Shown: positions 1-9,775 of the stretch, in pieces
Numbering within the stretch: the stretch's first letter is position 1
How the letters are laid out: each line of letters opens with the position of its first letter
Assembly: GCA_963789335.1 (NCBI GenBank)
Contig: CAWBKH010000013.1
Location: 3,174-67,173 of the forward strand
Direction of reading: 5' to 3'
DNA length: 64,000 nucleotides
Source: an uncultured Verrucomicrobiae bacterium
Lineage (GTDB): Bacteria > Verrucomicrobiota > Verrucomicrobiia > Limisphaerales > UBA11358
Notes under the pieces: model-generated
Told to the model about the DNA's origin: nothing
The model's database searches: none
What the model saw: the letters and a program-made list of their open reading frames with translations, nothing else
Position numbers and translations under genes: made by a program

Positions 1-966
1 ATGGCTATCGGTTCGTTCACAATGGACGACAAGGTAAAACTTCCTCCCGACGCGCTTGCGATTGATAAGAAAGCCATTTGTTTTAAGGACAAGGCCGAAA
101 CAAAATGGCTGGAAATTTTACCGACGCTTGGCTACATAAAATACTATGACCCCAATGCCCTAGCCCAAGCAGTCAGCGCTGTCAAAGATGTTCCTGAACC
201 TGTTATCGGAGTTCCAAATGAAACAGAAACTACACAACTTGGATTGAAATATCTACGACTGCTTGGGATTGACATTTCCGAAATTGCCAGAAAACCGGGC
301 ACGGATAAGTTTGATCTTCATTGGGAAAAGAGAACAAGGGAATGGACGAATCAAAAAACACACAAGGAAATTTGGGAGGTCGAAATGTTTGGGGTCTTCT
401 TCACGCGTTGTATTGATGGTATTGAGGAAAGCGGCTTCGGGAATGTAGAAGTTAGTTTCGGAAACAACGCAAAAGTTTTCGAGTTGGAAGTTAGTTGGAG
501 AAATCTGCAACCTTATCAATTACTGGATAATTTCGTCACGCCGGAACAGGTAGTGAAATCAATTCAAAGCAGACAAACCCGATTGCCGATACTTGAAGGA
601 TGGCCGGTTGACGAGATTAAGACGCTGACTATCACCAACGCAACTCCCCGCTACAGCCGCAAACCAGGGGATGAACCAATGGACTTTGTAGTTCCCGCCC
701 TTCAACTGGATGCAATCATAGACAACGGAAAAACCAATCGCTCCATTTGGTTTCAAACTGGAATTCTTGGCAGTGCCAAGGCGCGTCAAGGCGCTGCCCT
801 TGACAACGGCTACATTGATTGGCTGAGCGTCAAGAGCATAACGATTAAGCAGCCTTGGCCTTGCTATTTTGCAGGCAACTCAAATTTTGTTTATCCTTTC
901 CTGGCGCTCTGGACGACTGCTGAGGTGGGAATAGATTGTCCGATTATAGATGAAACGAAGTTGTGA
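1..966 (+). CDS. Hypothetical protein (may be 5'-truncated by the window edge); paralogue of the next gene
   Basis: 321-aa ORF. It shares motifs with 963..1898 (F-x-x-R-x-IDGI, FG-x-x-x-K, W-x-NL, P-x-Q, LTIT-x-x-TP-x-Y, P-x-x-x-LDA). The stop overlaps the next start (GTGA). Confidence 0.7.
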   Translation: MAIGSFTMDDKVKLPPDALAIDKKAICFKDKAETKWLEILPTLGYIKYYDPNALAQAVSAVKDVPEPVIGVPNETETTQLGLKYLRLLGIDISEIARKPGTDKFDLHWEKRTREWTNQKTHKEIWEVEMFGVFFTRCIDGIEESGFGNVEVSFGNNAKVFELEVSWRNLQPYQLLDNFVTPEQVVKSIQSRQTRLPILEGWPVDEIKTLTITNATPRYSRKPGDEPMDFVVPALQLDAIIDNGKTNRSIWFQTGILGSAKARQGAALDNGYIDWLSVKSITIKQPWPCYFAGNSNFVYPFLALWTTAEVGIDCPIIDETKL

Positions 967-1898
967 AAATCTTCGCCTTTCTCGCGGCACTGTTGGCCGT
1001 AGTTTTTTCTTCTTTTGCCGACTATACGCTCGAAGACCTTTCGCCGCATTTTTCAACCAAAATGCCAATCGTTTGGAATGCGCCGACGAATTATCTACCG
1101 AGAGAGTTTTGGATTTACAGGAAATTGCCGCGCATCTTTTCGGCCACAACCATTTCCAACGCCATCATCCTCGCCTCATTTCAGGACAAAGGATTTCCAA
1201 AGTCTTCGACCAACCGGGTTATCCTGTGGGGCAACCGCTTCAAAGGCGAACCGGAACCGCCTAATTTCGCAATTATACCGGATGAAGGGCAACTGTCTTA
1301 TAGTCTTGGGGATCGCGCGCCGGATTCGCTGAAGGATGTTTTAACGAATGAAACGGCGGTCAATCACGCATGGGATTGTCTCCTCCAACTTGGAATTGAC
1401 CGCAGCGAATTTGTAAAAACAAACGCTGCCGTCCCAGGACTCGGGGGAGTTTTTTTACCGCGACAAATTGACGGAATCCAACCGCATTATGCCTCCCAAG
1501 GTTTTCAATTTCAACAATTCGGCAGTGATGGAAAAATCCGGGAATTTTGCCTGCTTTGGCCAAACCTTGAGCGCGAGCAGAACAGCCCGACTGCCAATCC
1601 GCAACAAATCATCGCCTGCATCCGGGCGTTCAAAACACCCCTTGTTCCTGATGATAAACCCGATTATTTCGCACGGGTTAAACATCTGGCGGAAGCAAAG
1701 AAACTCACCATTACGAAAATTACGCCCTATTACGGCGAAGGCGTTTATGGGGAAACGCCGGCCAACAACGAACCGTCAAAAATTGTAACTCCTATTGCCG
1801 AATTGGATGCCGTTGCCAATTTTGGAAATAGCAATGCCACGGTTAGGCTCTTGTCACCCATCCTTTCTTCTGACGCAAACCGGTTGTTGAATAAATAA
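963..1898 (+). CDS. Secreted hypothetical protein, paralogue of 1..966
   Basis: Signal peptide MKIFAFLAALLAVVFSSFA; shared motifs with the upstream ORF; translationally coupled to it. Confidence 0.75.
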   Translation: MKIFAFLAALLAVVFSSFADYTLEDLSPHFSTKMPIVWNAPTNYLPREFWIYRKLPRIFSATTISNAIILASFQDKGFPKSSTNRVILWGNRFKGEPEPPNFAIIPDEGQLSYSLGDRAPDSLKDVLTNETAVNHAWDCLLQLGIDRSEFVKTNAAVPGLGGVFLPRQIDGIQPHYASQGFQFQQFGSDGKIREFCLLWPNLEREQNSPTANPQQIIACIRAFKTPLVPDDKPDYFARVKHLAEAKKLTITKITPYYGEGVYGETPANNEPSKIVTPIAELDAVANFGNSNATVRLLSPILSSDANRLLNK

Positions 1899-2090
1899 TC
1901 ACTTCATTTCACACGGACGCTATTCTCCTTGTGAAACAAGGCGGCAGACGTAACAGCGGAGCGACCAAGCTGGCGACAGTGATGCACACAGCGATTGCGC
2001 TGGTGTAAACCGGCAAATTTTCCAGTCAGACATCTTCCCTAAGCACAGCTTTAGACCGTGACCGCAGCAGGAAAATTTGCGCGAATTTTG

Positions 2091-2119
2091 CGCAACAGTT
2101 GCGCAACACAAACGCAACA
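2091..2119 (+). repeat. Three direct repeats CGCAACA with 11-bp period (integrase arm-type-like sites)
   Basis: CGCAACA at 2091, 2102 and 2113 in non-coding DNA just after the paralogue pair. The function is inferred. Confidence 0.5.
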
Positions 2120-3062
2120 AGTTCAACGCCATTAAACGCCTTTCAACACTGTTCAACCTTGAGCCGTTCACGCGCTGGCAAAAGGCGTTAAAATCCACGG
2201 TCAGGACGGCGGGAAGCGACGGCTAAAAGGGAAATTTTGAGCATGACACTAACCCCGCCTTGCGCCGGGCAGCGAGCCGCCGGGAGCCGAGCGCAACGGC
2301 GGCTCGCAAAAAATCCGGGCGGCGTAACAAGCGCCGCCGGTAGGAACGCCAAAAGGTCGCCCTATGAAGTGACGATGATGTGCCGAAATTTTCACCGCTC
2401 ATGGGAGCGTGCCAGCTCACGGCACGTTGCTGTCATGGAACATTGCGAGATGGCAGCCCTAAGTCAGCGACGCGCCTGAATTGAGCACCGAACTGGCTCG
2501 CGGCCCGTGGCGGCGCAGTGTGGGAAGGTTGCTCGGCCAGCCGGATGCTGCCGTCATTCGTCACGCCCGCCGCTCGTGGGGATGGCGCAAGAAAAGTTGA
2601 CCGGCGAATCGAATCCTGCTTGAGTGAACACCACAACGGCGACGGTCAAAAAATCAGCGGATGAATCAGGTGTTGACGGTGGAAACATTTCAAGGCTGAT
2701 ACAGCCGGGAACCGGCGTTGCCGGAAAAGTGAGCGCGTCATCCGCTGACAGAAAAACGAAATCGCGCCGGACGTGTGCCGGAGGTTCGTCCGTTGGCTGC
2801 CGCGTTGAGGCGTCACGAGTTTTTCACTTTGGCATTGAGGGTGATGTCTCTGGCTTCGTCGGAACGGCGTTGGAAACTTTCACGCGCGTCGTGCTGTCGG
2901 GCGTCACGGGCCAAGTCAGTGGGCTTCTGTCCTCTGGCGTCGGACGGGCGCACCGCGATTGGCTGCCCCTGGGTACGACCCCCAGCCAATCGCTTTGCAG
3001 TTTGAACGGCTGGTGAAACGTGAGTGTTGCTGTGCCAGGCGTTTGGCCGCCGGTTTCTGCCG

Positions 3063-3371
3063 CTACGATTTCGGCGCTTTCACTTTCGCGGCTTTGGCTC
3101 GCTTGGGCGACGTGAATGGAATTTCGGGCAAGGCCGGTTCGATTCTGCCCCGGTGCGCTTGTTTGGGGATTTTACCGCGATAGACCTTTGGAAAAGCCAG
3201 GATGATTGTCTCTCCTTCTTTCCACCCGGCAAATTCGTCACCGATTTTCAATCCCATGTCCCGCAGCCATTCAACCGGCAACGGCAGACCCCCTTCGCTG
3301 TCAGTCGTAATGATACCGTGCTCTTTTATGGGTGATTTCTCCTGCAATTTGGTTTTATTTCGTGGCATCAT
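3063..3371 (-). CDS. AbrB/MazE/SpoVT-like DNA-binding protein
   Basis: GIITTDSEGGLPLPVEWLRDMGLKIGDEF...EGETIIL fits the swapped-hairpin pattern (G-x-x-x-LP-x-x-x-R-x-x-GL-x-x-GD). Confidence 0.6.
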   Translation of the reverse strand: MMPRNKTKLQEKSPIKEHGIITTDSEGGLPLPVEWLRDMGLKIGDEFAGWKEGETIILAFPKVYRGKIPKQAHRGRIEPALPEIPFTSPKRAKAAKVKAPKS

Positions 3372-3723
3372 TTTTCAAATGTTTCGCCTCGCGCACATCC
3401 CGCAAGGCGGCGGTGCGGGCGATAGCGGGCAACCTCCGCCGCGCGGTGGGCGCGAAAGAACCCATAAGGCTCATGCCCAGTTCCCAAAAAACGAGCGGAA
3501 CAACGCAAGCGACCACCCTGCCGCGCTTGGTTATGTTGACAAAATTCTCACCGCCCAAAGTGCCAGCGCGCCAAAATTTCGCCGATACCAGATAGCCGCG
3601 GCGGTGGCCATCCCGTTTGATTCCGACGAAACCAAATTTGTCGGCGGCGCGGTAAATGGCTTTTGATTCCTTGCGAAATTGCCTCTCGTCAAAATCAACC
3701 ACTTCGACAGGTTTGGGCTTCAT
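3355..3723 (-). CDS. Phd/YefM antitoxin-like protein with an internally duplicated motif
   Basis: FVNITKRGRVVACVVP resembles the Phd 'ITKRGRPVAVLVP' motif; a degenerate second copy FVGIKRDGHRRGYLVS lies upstream. Confidence 0.45.
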   Translation of the reverse strand: MKPKPVEVVDFDERQFRKESKAIYRAADKFGFVGIKRDGHRRGYLVSAKFWRAGTLGGENFVNITKRGRVVACVVPLVFWELGMSLMGSFAPTARRRLPAIARTAALRDVREAKHLKNDATK

Positions 3724-3729
3724 ATTGTT

Positions 3730-4053
3730 CTAGCCGCGCGTTTGAGCCTTGTGCTTTTGTTTCCAGGTTTCCAATCGCTTCCACAAGTCATCGGCATATC
3801 GCTGCCAATTGATCGCTCTAATCTTTTTGGGCTTTTCGGCTTTACACCGCTCCGCAATCACGCGAAGCATCTCTGTCAGCAGCACTTTAGGCGGAATTCC
3901 GGTGCGCTGGCAAAACTCCTTCACCTGTTCCGCGTCTTGGCCGTGCAAGATAATTTCTTTACCTACGATTTCTACCCCGCCTTTGTTGTCCAATGCAACC
4001 GACGCTTTCAACTTCTTGCCTGTCACTGATTTCTTGCTCTGTTCAAATTTCAT
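3730..4053 (-). CDS. Hypothetical protein
   Basis: 107-aa ORF in the co-directional run; its start overlaps the HNH stop (ATGA). Confidence 0.6.
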   Translation of the reverse strand: MKFEQSKKSVTGKKLKASVALDNKGGVEIVGKEIILHGQDAEQVKEFCQRTGIPPKVLLTEMLRVIAERCKAEKPKKIRAINWQRYADDLWKRLETWKQKHKAQTRG

Positions 4054-4754
4054 CTTGATCTTTTCTTCTTTGCTCCGTGTTCCTCGAATGAATGATAGTT
4101 GCGTATGCCTCGACCATTGTTGTTACGGCCAAGAGCGGTGTTATCAATCTTGGCTTTAAGTTCCTGCACAATTTCGTTGAATTTTTCGATAGGCAAATCT
4201 TTTGGAAGATTGCCAAATTCGTTTGCGAGAATGTTGCGAGTGACGCCAGCGTGAATTTTGCCTTTGCGTTTCTGACCATAACTTTGGCCCGCGTTTCGGA
4301 AGTCAGATAGCCGCTTTATCAAATATTCAACGTATCGGTATTGCGGCGGGTTATCAGCTATTGAACCGGATAAGATTATCGGGCCGGGTTTTCGTTCGCC
4401 TTCAAAAACAACTTTGCCGTGAAATTCTTGCGCGATGACCCCGCCACGATTATCTGTGCCACTAACATTCATTCCAGATTTTTTGCCACGTGCGGGATGA
4501 ACGCCATTTTGCAATGCTCGTTTGCGCCAAATCACTTCGCTGTCAGGAATCAGTTGCCGCGTTAATTGGTCATGGCAGGAAGCGCAAACAGCAATGAGAT
4601 TGTCGTCAATTGTATTGCTCGAATTTCTATCTATGTGATGTATTTGAAGTGAACCGATCAATTCCAATCCGCAAAAGGGACAAATGCCACTGACTTCTTG
4701 CAGCAATCGTGTCCTTTGTGCGGCGCTTATTGCTTTTCGGTTTGAATCATTCAT
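4050..4754 (-). CDS. HNH endonuclease with a C-terminal domain of unknown function
   Basis: CPFCG...LQIHHIDRNSSNTIDDNLIAVCASCHD is an HNH/zinc-finger signature. Confidence 0.85.
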   Translation of the reverse strand: MNDSNRKAISAAQRTRLLQEVSGICPFCGLELIGSLQIHHIDRNSSNTIDDNLIAVCASCHDQLTRQLIPDSEVIWRKRALQNGVHPARGKKSGMNVSGTDNRGGVIAQEFHGKVVFEGERKPGPIILSGSIADNPPQYRYVEYLIKRLSDFRNAGQSYGQKRKGKIHAGVTRNILANEFGNLPKDLPIEKFNEIVQELKAKIDNTALGRNNNGRGIRNYHSFEEHGAKKKRSR

Positions 4755-4830
4755 TTTGCCTCACGACAGCAAACGAAAATCATTACTTCCGCTTGCCTCT
4801 TCGGATTACAGCGGGCAGTTTCATACGACG

Positions 4831-7800
4831 CTAAATCATTTCTTCCGCGTGTTTCGCTCGTTGCGCTTTTGGCATGTTGACCTTCGCGGCTTTGGCTTCT
4901 TCCGCCGCGCGTTCCAAATTCAAGGTGAGCAATTTTTCCAAGATGGCTTCGTCCGTCGAATCAGCAGGCCAGCCGTAGGCGGCGGCAACGGCGGCGTCCA
5001 GTTTCTTGTGTGCCAGGTCGAGCCATGCCGGGCGTTCGTTGTAAAGATTCGTGAGCGTGCGTTTTTTGAGCTTGGCGGCGCAATCGGCGTCGCGCGGTTC
5101 AAGGCGCGGATAACGCACCGTACCGACGCCGGTTTTAGCGTCAACCGTCTTGGCGTCGAGGTAGCGATGCCACGGGCCGCCGGTGCTGCCGGGGAATTCC
5201 AGAATGTTTTCCACCGACCATTCCGGCGGATTAAGCCAGCGTTCGCGCAACTCGTTCAACTCTTTGGCAGTGGCGGCAATGGCGGTTTCCTGCGTGGGCG
5301 TCGGGCGCGGAAACGGAAAAGTTTCAAAGCACGTTGTCGGCGTGTAACGAAAGCCGGATTCCTTTTCGCGCAATTGCGTACCTTGCGCCAACGCCCAAAC
5401 TTCGTGAATGCGAGATTGCAGGACACCAAATGAAAAATCGTCGGCTTTTGTAAACACTCTCGTTTGATGATCCGCTAAATTCACCGCATCTAGCCAAACG
5501 AAAATGCGATGTTTGGAAACTTCAGGCGTGATGATATACCGAACTTTCTCCATGAGTGCATTTCGCAAACCAGGTCGCGGCTCACCGTGAATCCACCACC
5601 ACTGCGCGAGACTCTTTCTCCGGTTTTGTAGCCGTTCCGGTTTTACGTTGCTTTCAACGTAACCAAATGGCCCTTGAAATTTTGCGGCGTCAACTTCTTC
5701 GGTGTCGCACCCAAAATCAATTATCCAGCCACCGCCTGTCCGCTGCAAAATGTCTCTTGCGGTAAAGCGAGGGCGCAACACTTCGCTATTCGGAATCCCG
5801 TGTGGATTAGGCGCCGCCAACATTTTGACGACCATTTCTTCATCCAAATCAAACGCGCCAGCTTTCATCACTCCAAGAAAACAAGTTTCTGCATTTTCTT
5901 GAAGTGGTTTTGCCTCTGGCAAAGCCGTATGTCTTGAAAGGTTCGATTCAATGGAAGGGATAGAAGTTCCATCCAGCGTTCTTAAAACTTCGGTGCCGGA
6001 ATCAAAACCAACCATGCTGACGTGAACCGTTGCGCCAGCCAAAATCCATTCGCGGTCACTCTCGGCAAAGAAAATGTCGCCCGTGTCTTTGATACGCTTC
6101 AAAACTTCGCGGTTTGCGCCGCCGCGAATGCCCTGTGTCGCCAGCAATCCCGCGCGTTCGCATTTTTTCTTTTCAATTTGCTCGCGTGCTTTTTCAAACC
6201 AGTAGCAGCATAAATCGGATTGGCCGGGAATCCGCTCGCCATAACTGTCGCGCAGTTGGTCAACGTAGTAATCGCCGAGTTCGCGGCGCATAACTTTGTC
6301 GCCGAGAAACGGCGGATTGCTCACAATAACGTCGGCTTTCGGCCATTCGCGCTCGGTGTAAAATTTCAGCGAGTCATCGCCGGTGTGTTCGCCTGCTTGC
6401 GCTTCCTTCAATGTCTTGGCCTTGCTATGGAAATGCGGCACGAGCAACGCATCTTCGTTTTGGAAACCGTCGAGCACCTGCAAAACGGGCGTGCGGTCGT
6501 TGTCAAAGCCGTTGTCGCGCCGCCATTGCAGGTAGCCGATTTGCACGGACACTTGTGCCAGTTCGTAGGCGTATGGATTGATTTCAATGGCGCGGAGTTG
6601 TTGCACGCTCACTTGCGGCGCGAGTCTGAATCCAAGCTGCGTGGCAAAGGTGACAACTTCCTTTTCCAGGTCCAAAAGCAGTTGCAGCGAGACGTAAAGG
6701 AAATTGCCGCTGCCGCACGCGGGATCAAGCACACTCACGGCGGCAAGTTTTCTTTGGAATTTCACCAGCCGCTCGCGTTGCGCGGCGTCGCCCTTGCCTT
6801 TGGCGTAGGCGGCAGCCAGTTCTCCTTTGATTTGCGACCATTTGCGGCGGAAGGGCTGCATCAGGACGGGTTCAACCAGCGTGCGGATGTCGGCTTCGCT
6901 GGTGTAGTGCGCGCCAAGCTGGGCGCGCTGGCTTTCGTCCAGGGCGCGTTCAAACAGCGTGCCCATGATGCTGGGCTGAATGAATTGCCAGTCCGCCTCG
7001 GCGGCTTCGGCAAGGTCTTTGATTTCCTCCTCGGTCAATTCAAACACGGTGAAATCATCAAACAGATGGCCGTTGAAATGGCGGATGACCTGATTGCCGA
7101 AACGCCCGCCCTTCTGCATTTTCTTGAACAAATCTTCCGTGGTTTCAACAAAATGCGCGGGGTCGTGCAACGAGGCTTTGAGAATTTCTGTGAACAAATC
7201 TGCGGGCAAAAGGCCGGTGTCCTCCGCAAACAGGCAAAAAACAATGCGATTTAGGAAACGGGCGATGCGGAGATTTTTCCTTTGGGCAACGTTCACTTCC
7301 TTGCGGTTCCTGGCGTCGGCCAATTCAACGCTTTCACGCTTTTGCAGGGACAGAGCGACATTGGCGATTTGCGTGGCCAGCTTTTCCGTCACTTCCGCCG
7401 TGGTGCGCTGCGGTTTGAGAAATTCCGGTTCACTGAAAAGCGCGCGGAGAATGCGTAAATTTTCCGGGCGATCAATGTCGGCATTAGTGAATTCATGCGT
7501 CTCTTGAACCGTGCCGTTGAAATTGGTGCGGACGATGTAACGGTCGAAATCGCAAACAACGAGCAGCGGCGGATTCAGCAGCGATTCGCGGTAGCGGAGT
7601 AATTGCTTGTAGGCTTCATCCAGATTTTTCTTTTTGCCTTTGTATTCCCAAGCGAAGCAACCTTTTTTCCACACGTCAGCAAAGCCGCGTTCGGTCGGCT
7701 CGCTGGCGTCCGGCGTTTCGTGCAACTCAAAAAGCTCCGCGTCTTTAACCACGCGCTTTTGATAGCAGAAGAAATCCGCGCCGGATGGATCGGCTTCGTT

Positions 7801-7911
7801 TGGCGTCGGCTGGTCCAGCAGACGGCAAAGGTCTGTGAAATGTTCCTGATAGGCCGAAGTTTCTTTGCCCTGATAGCGCGCCCATTTTCGTTTGAATTCG
7901 GCGGCGGTCAT
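4831..7911 (-). CDS. MmeI/YeeA-like type IIL (IIG) restriction-modification enzyme (adenine MTase + nuclease + TRD)
   Basis: Motif I DPACGSGNFL, motif IV NPPFLG, GAHYTS, N-terminal FAWEYK nuclease-like segment, C-terminal TLTNLYNERPAWLDLAHKKLDAAVAAAYGW. Start placed at MTAAEF (7911); the ORF track extends to 8046. Confidence 0.9.
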   Translation of the reverse strand: MTAAEFKRKWARYQGKETSAYQEHFTDLCRLLDQPTPNEADPSGADFFCYQKRVVKDAELFELHETPDASEPTERGFADVWKKGCFAWEYKGKKKNLDEAYKQLLRYRESLLNPPLLVVCDFDRYIVRTNFNGTVQETHEFTNADIDRPENLRILRALFSEPEFLKPQRTTAEVTEKLATQIANVALSLQKRESVELADARNRKEVNVAQRKNLRIARFLNRIVFCLFAEDTGLLPADLFTEILKASLHDPAHFVETTEDLFKKMQKGGRFGNQVIRHFNGHLFDDFTVFELTEEEIKDLAEAAEADWQFIQPSIMGTLFERALDESQRAQLGAHYTSEADIRTLVEPVLMQPFRRKWSQIKGELAAAYAKGKGDAAQRERLVKFQRKLAAVSVLDPACGSGNFLYVSLQLLLDLEKEVVTFATQLGFRLAPQVSVQQLRAIEINPYAYELAQVSVQIGYLQWRRDNGFDNDRTPVLQVLDGFQNEDALLVPHFHSKAKTLKEAQAGEHTGDDSLKFYTEREWPKADVIVSNPPFLGDKVMRRELGDYYVDQLRDSYGERIPGQSDLCCYWFEKAREQIEKKKCERAGLLATQGIRGGANREVLKRIKDTGDIFFAESDREWILAGATVHVSMVGFDSGTEVLRTLDGTSIPSIESNLSRHTALPEAKPLQENAETCFLGVMKAGAFDLDEEMVVKMLAAPNPHGIPNSEVLRPRFTARDILQRTGGGWIIDFGCDTEEVDAAKFQGPFGYVESNVKPERLQNRRKSLAQWWWIHGEPRPGLRNALMEKVRYIITPEVSKHRIFVWLDAVNLADHQTRVFTKADDFSFGVLQSRIHEVWALAQGTQLREKESGFRYTPTTCFETFPFPRPTPTQETAIAATAKELNELRERWLNPPEWSVENILEFPGSTGGPWHRYLDAKTVDAKTGVGTVRYPRLEPRDADCAAKLKKRTLTNLYNERPAWLDLAHKKLDAAVAAAYGWPADSTDEAILEKLLTLNLERAAEEAKAAKVNMPKAQRAKHAEEMI

Positions 7912-8098
7912 GCCAGTGGATTGTGGCGCGATTTTTTCCCGGCGCGGCATGGCAGGGACGGTATCAAAAAGAATGACACCGGGCAATAAGGGTGAATTTC
8001 GCTTGCCGATACCGCCCCGCCCGGCCATACAAAACAAACATGGCAACTCGAAAAGGTATGCGCGCCCGCCCGGCTAGTTTCCGCATCCGCTAAATACC

Positions 8099-8372
8099 CG
8101 GACACCAAAGGCGGACAAGTTAGGCGGGAGCGATACGCGGACGGAAATGGGCGTCTGTCATTGGTTTCGAGCTTAAAAATCAGCGGAAAGGCAGCCTGTC
8201 CGTTTAATGTGTCCGGTTTTGTGTCCGGGTATCCATCCGTTTTTTGTCCGCCTAACCCACTCTGGTTTGTCCGGTTTTGGGGTTATTTTTACCGCTGACA
8301 CCATTGGCGGACGCCGGGCAGGGGCAAAACACACCTCAAAAATGTCCGTCTATCTTGGGTCAAATACGTCCG
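8099..8372. repeat. Cluster of TGTCCG/CGGACA motifs in direct and inverted orientation
   Basis: CGGACA at 8099 and 8112; TGTCCG at 8197, 8210, 8222, 8245, 8268 and 8343. The region is intergenic between divergent genes. Confidence 0.6.
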
Positions 8373-8562
8373 CCAATCCGGCTTCCAGAGACGACTCCAG
8401 ATGACAATAGCAAAGACCAGCGGAGTCAAACGGCATCCAGAACACACCGAATGACGAGAGATGACGCAACGGTGCCGAACAAAATTTGGCGCAAATCCAC
8501 CGCGTGCAATTCGACGTTGAATCGCCTCAAAAAGTCGTTATGTTGAAAACCCGGACAGACGC

Positions 8563-9333
8563 ATGAAAAGAAAACCTTTACCGGATGACTTTCTCGTATG
8601 CGGTTCAATCCCGCCGGAAGAACGTCGCGCCAAGCTCGCCCAAATGCTTGCCGCCGGTGCGCCGCCCGCTGCCGCAACGGTCTTGGTTGGCAAAATTCCT
8701 GACGCCGATGCCGAAGACCCGCCGCCGTTGCCGTCTTTGCTCGACTTGGTGAAACGCAAATTCGGGCTGCATATTGAGCATAACGCCCCCGAATGGGCCA
8801 AGCGCGCGGCGGAAATGGCTTTCGATTCACTGACGCCGCAACGTCGCAAACGCGCGGCCTCTGCGCCATATAGTGTGGGCTTCGATTCGGGCTACCTGCA
8901 CGGCGCGGCAGAATTGCTGGCGGCCAAAACCACTGCGCCTCCCCCTCGACTGACCACGCCCGACTCGGCGGGAATACGAGAGTGCGACAAACTTTTGAAA
9001 CAGCAGTGGGCCGAGCAACCTTCTGACCAAGCCGCCGATTTTTTCATCGGTTTCCGAGATGGGGAAAGACTCATGCGCGGCGCGCCGGAACGGGCGCGGC
9101 AAATGGCGCAGCGGACTAAAATCTATCGCGCGATTGCCACACGCTGGAGGGAAATTGCTCCCGGCGTTCTCCACAGCACCGACCAGTTACACCAATGGCT
9201 TCTCTCCCAAAAAGCGATTTTGTTCAACACCGATTCACGAGAAACGCGGCAAGTCTGCAAGCGAATCGGCCTTCATTACCGAAATCCCGGCAGACCGCGC
9301 AAACAGAAAACGGAGCCACTTCCCCAATCGTAA
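8563..9333 (+). CDS. Hypothetical protein of the mobile element (possible regulator)
   Basis: 256-aa ORF with a basic C-terminus (RNPGRPRKQK), upstream of the excisionase-like genes. Confidence 0.6.
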   Translation: MKRKPLPDDFLVCGSIPPEERRAKLAQMLAAGAPPAAATVLVGKIPDADAEDPPPLPSLLDLVKRKFGLHIEHNAPEWAKRAAEMAFDSLTPQRRKRAASAPYSVGFDSGYLHGAAELLAAKTTAPPPRLTTPDSAGIRECDKLLKQQWAEQPSDQAADFFIGFRDGERLMRGAPERARQMAQRTKIYRAIATRWREIAPGVLHSTDQLHQWLLSQKAILFNTDSRETRQVCKRIGLHYRNPGRPRKQKTEPLPQS

Positions 9334-9423
9334 ATCCGGTTTGTGGGATTTCCGGCAAAACCGGATTTCCACTCACAAGCCAAGTCCCTATTCCTCTGGC
9401 GTCGCCCGGTGTAATGTGGCGGC

Positions 9424-9636
9424 ATGGCAACGATTCCAAAGTTATCCGATGGAGTGCCAAAACTGGCACTGACACGAGAAGAAACCGCCGACGCACTTGG
9501 TATCAGCGTGGTCACGATTGACCGTTTAACCGAACGCGGTTTGCTCAAACCCTCCCGCGCCACCCGCCGCCCGCTCTTTCCGGTTTCCGAAATTGAGCGG
9601 TTTCTGAAAGAGACCCAGGGCAAGGGTGCTGCATGA
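9424..9636 (+). CDS. Excisionase-like HTH (HTH_17/MerR-like) protein
   Basis: ALTREETADALGISVVTIDRLTERGLL...PLFPVSEIERFL. Confidence 0.85.
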   Translation: MATIPKLSDGVPKLALTREETADALGISVVTIDRLTERGLLKPSRATRRPLFPVSEIERFLKETQGKGAA

Positions 9637-9775
9637 AGTTCACAACGCACGATCTGGTTAGAGCGGCCACGGGAACCCTGTTTAACTTTCATCTGCTCTC
9701 TACCATCCAGAAGGTTTGAGCTGATAAAATGACCCTTTGGAAACATTGTAACGGCAACACTATTGAAAGAGACGT

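Noticed and set aside
2200-3016. ORFs 2624..3016, 2237..2479 and others in the non-coding-looking stretch
   Set aside because: No recognisable motifs, low-complexity composition and conflicting frames; no RNA structure I could support.
4684-7507. Long + strand ORFs (4684..5433, 6220..7254)
   Set aside because: Antisense shadows of the MmeI-like gene in GC-rich DNA.
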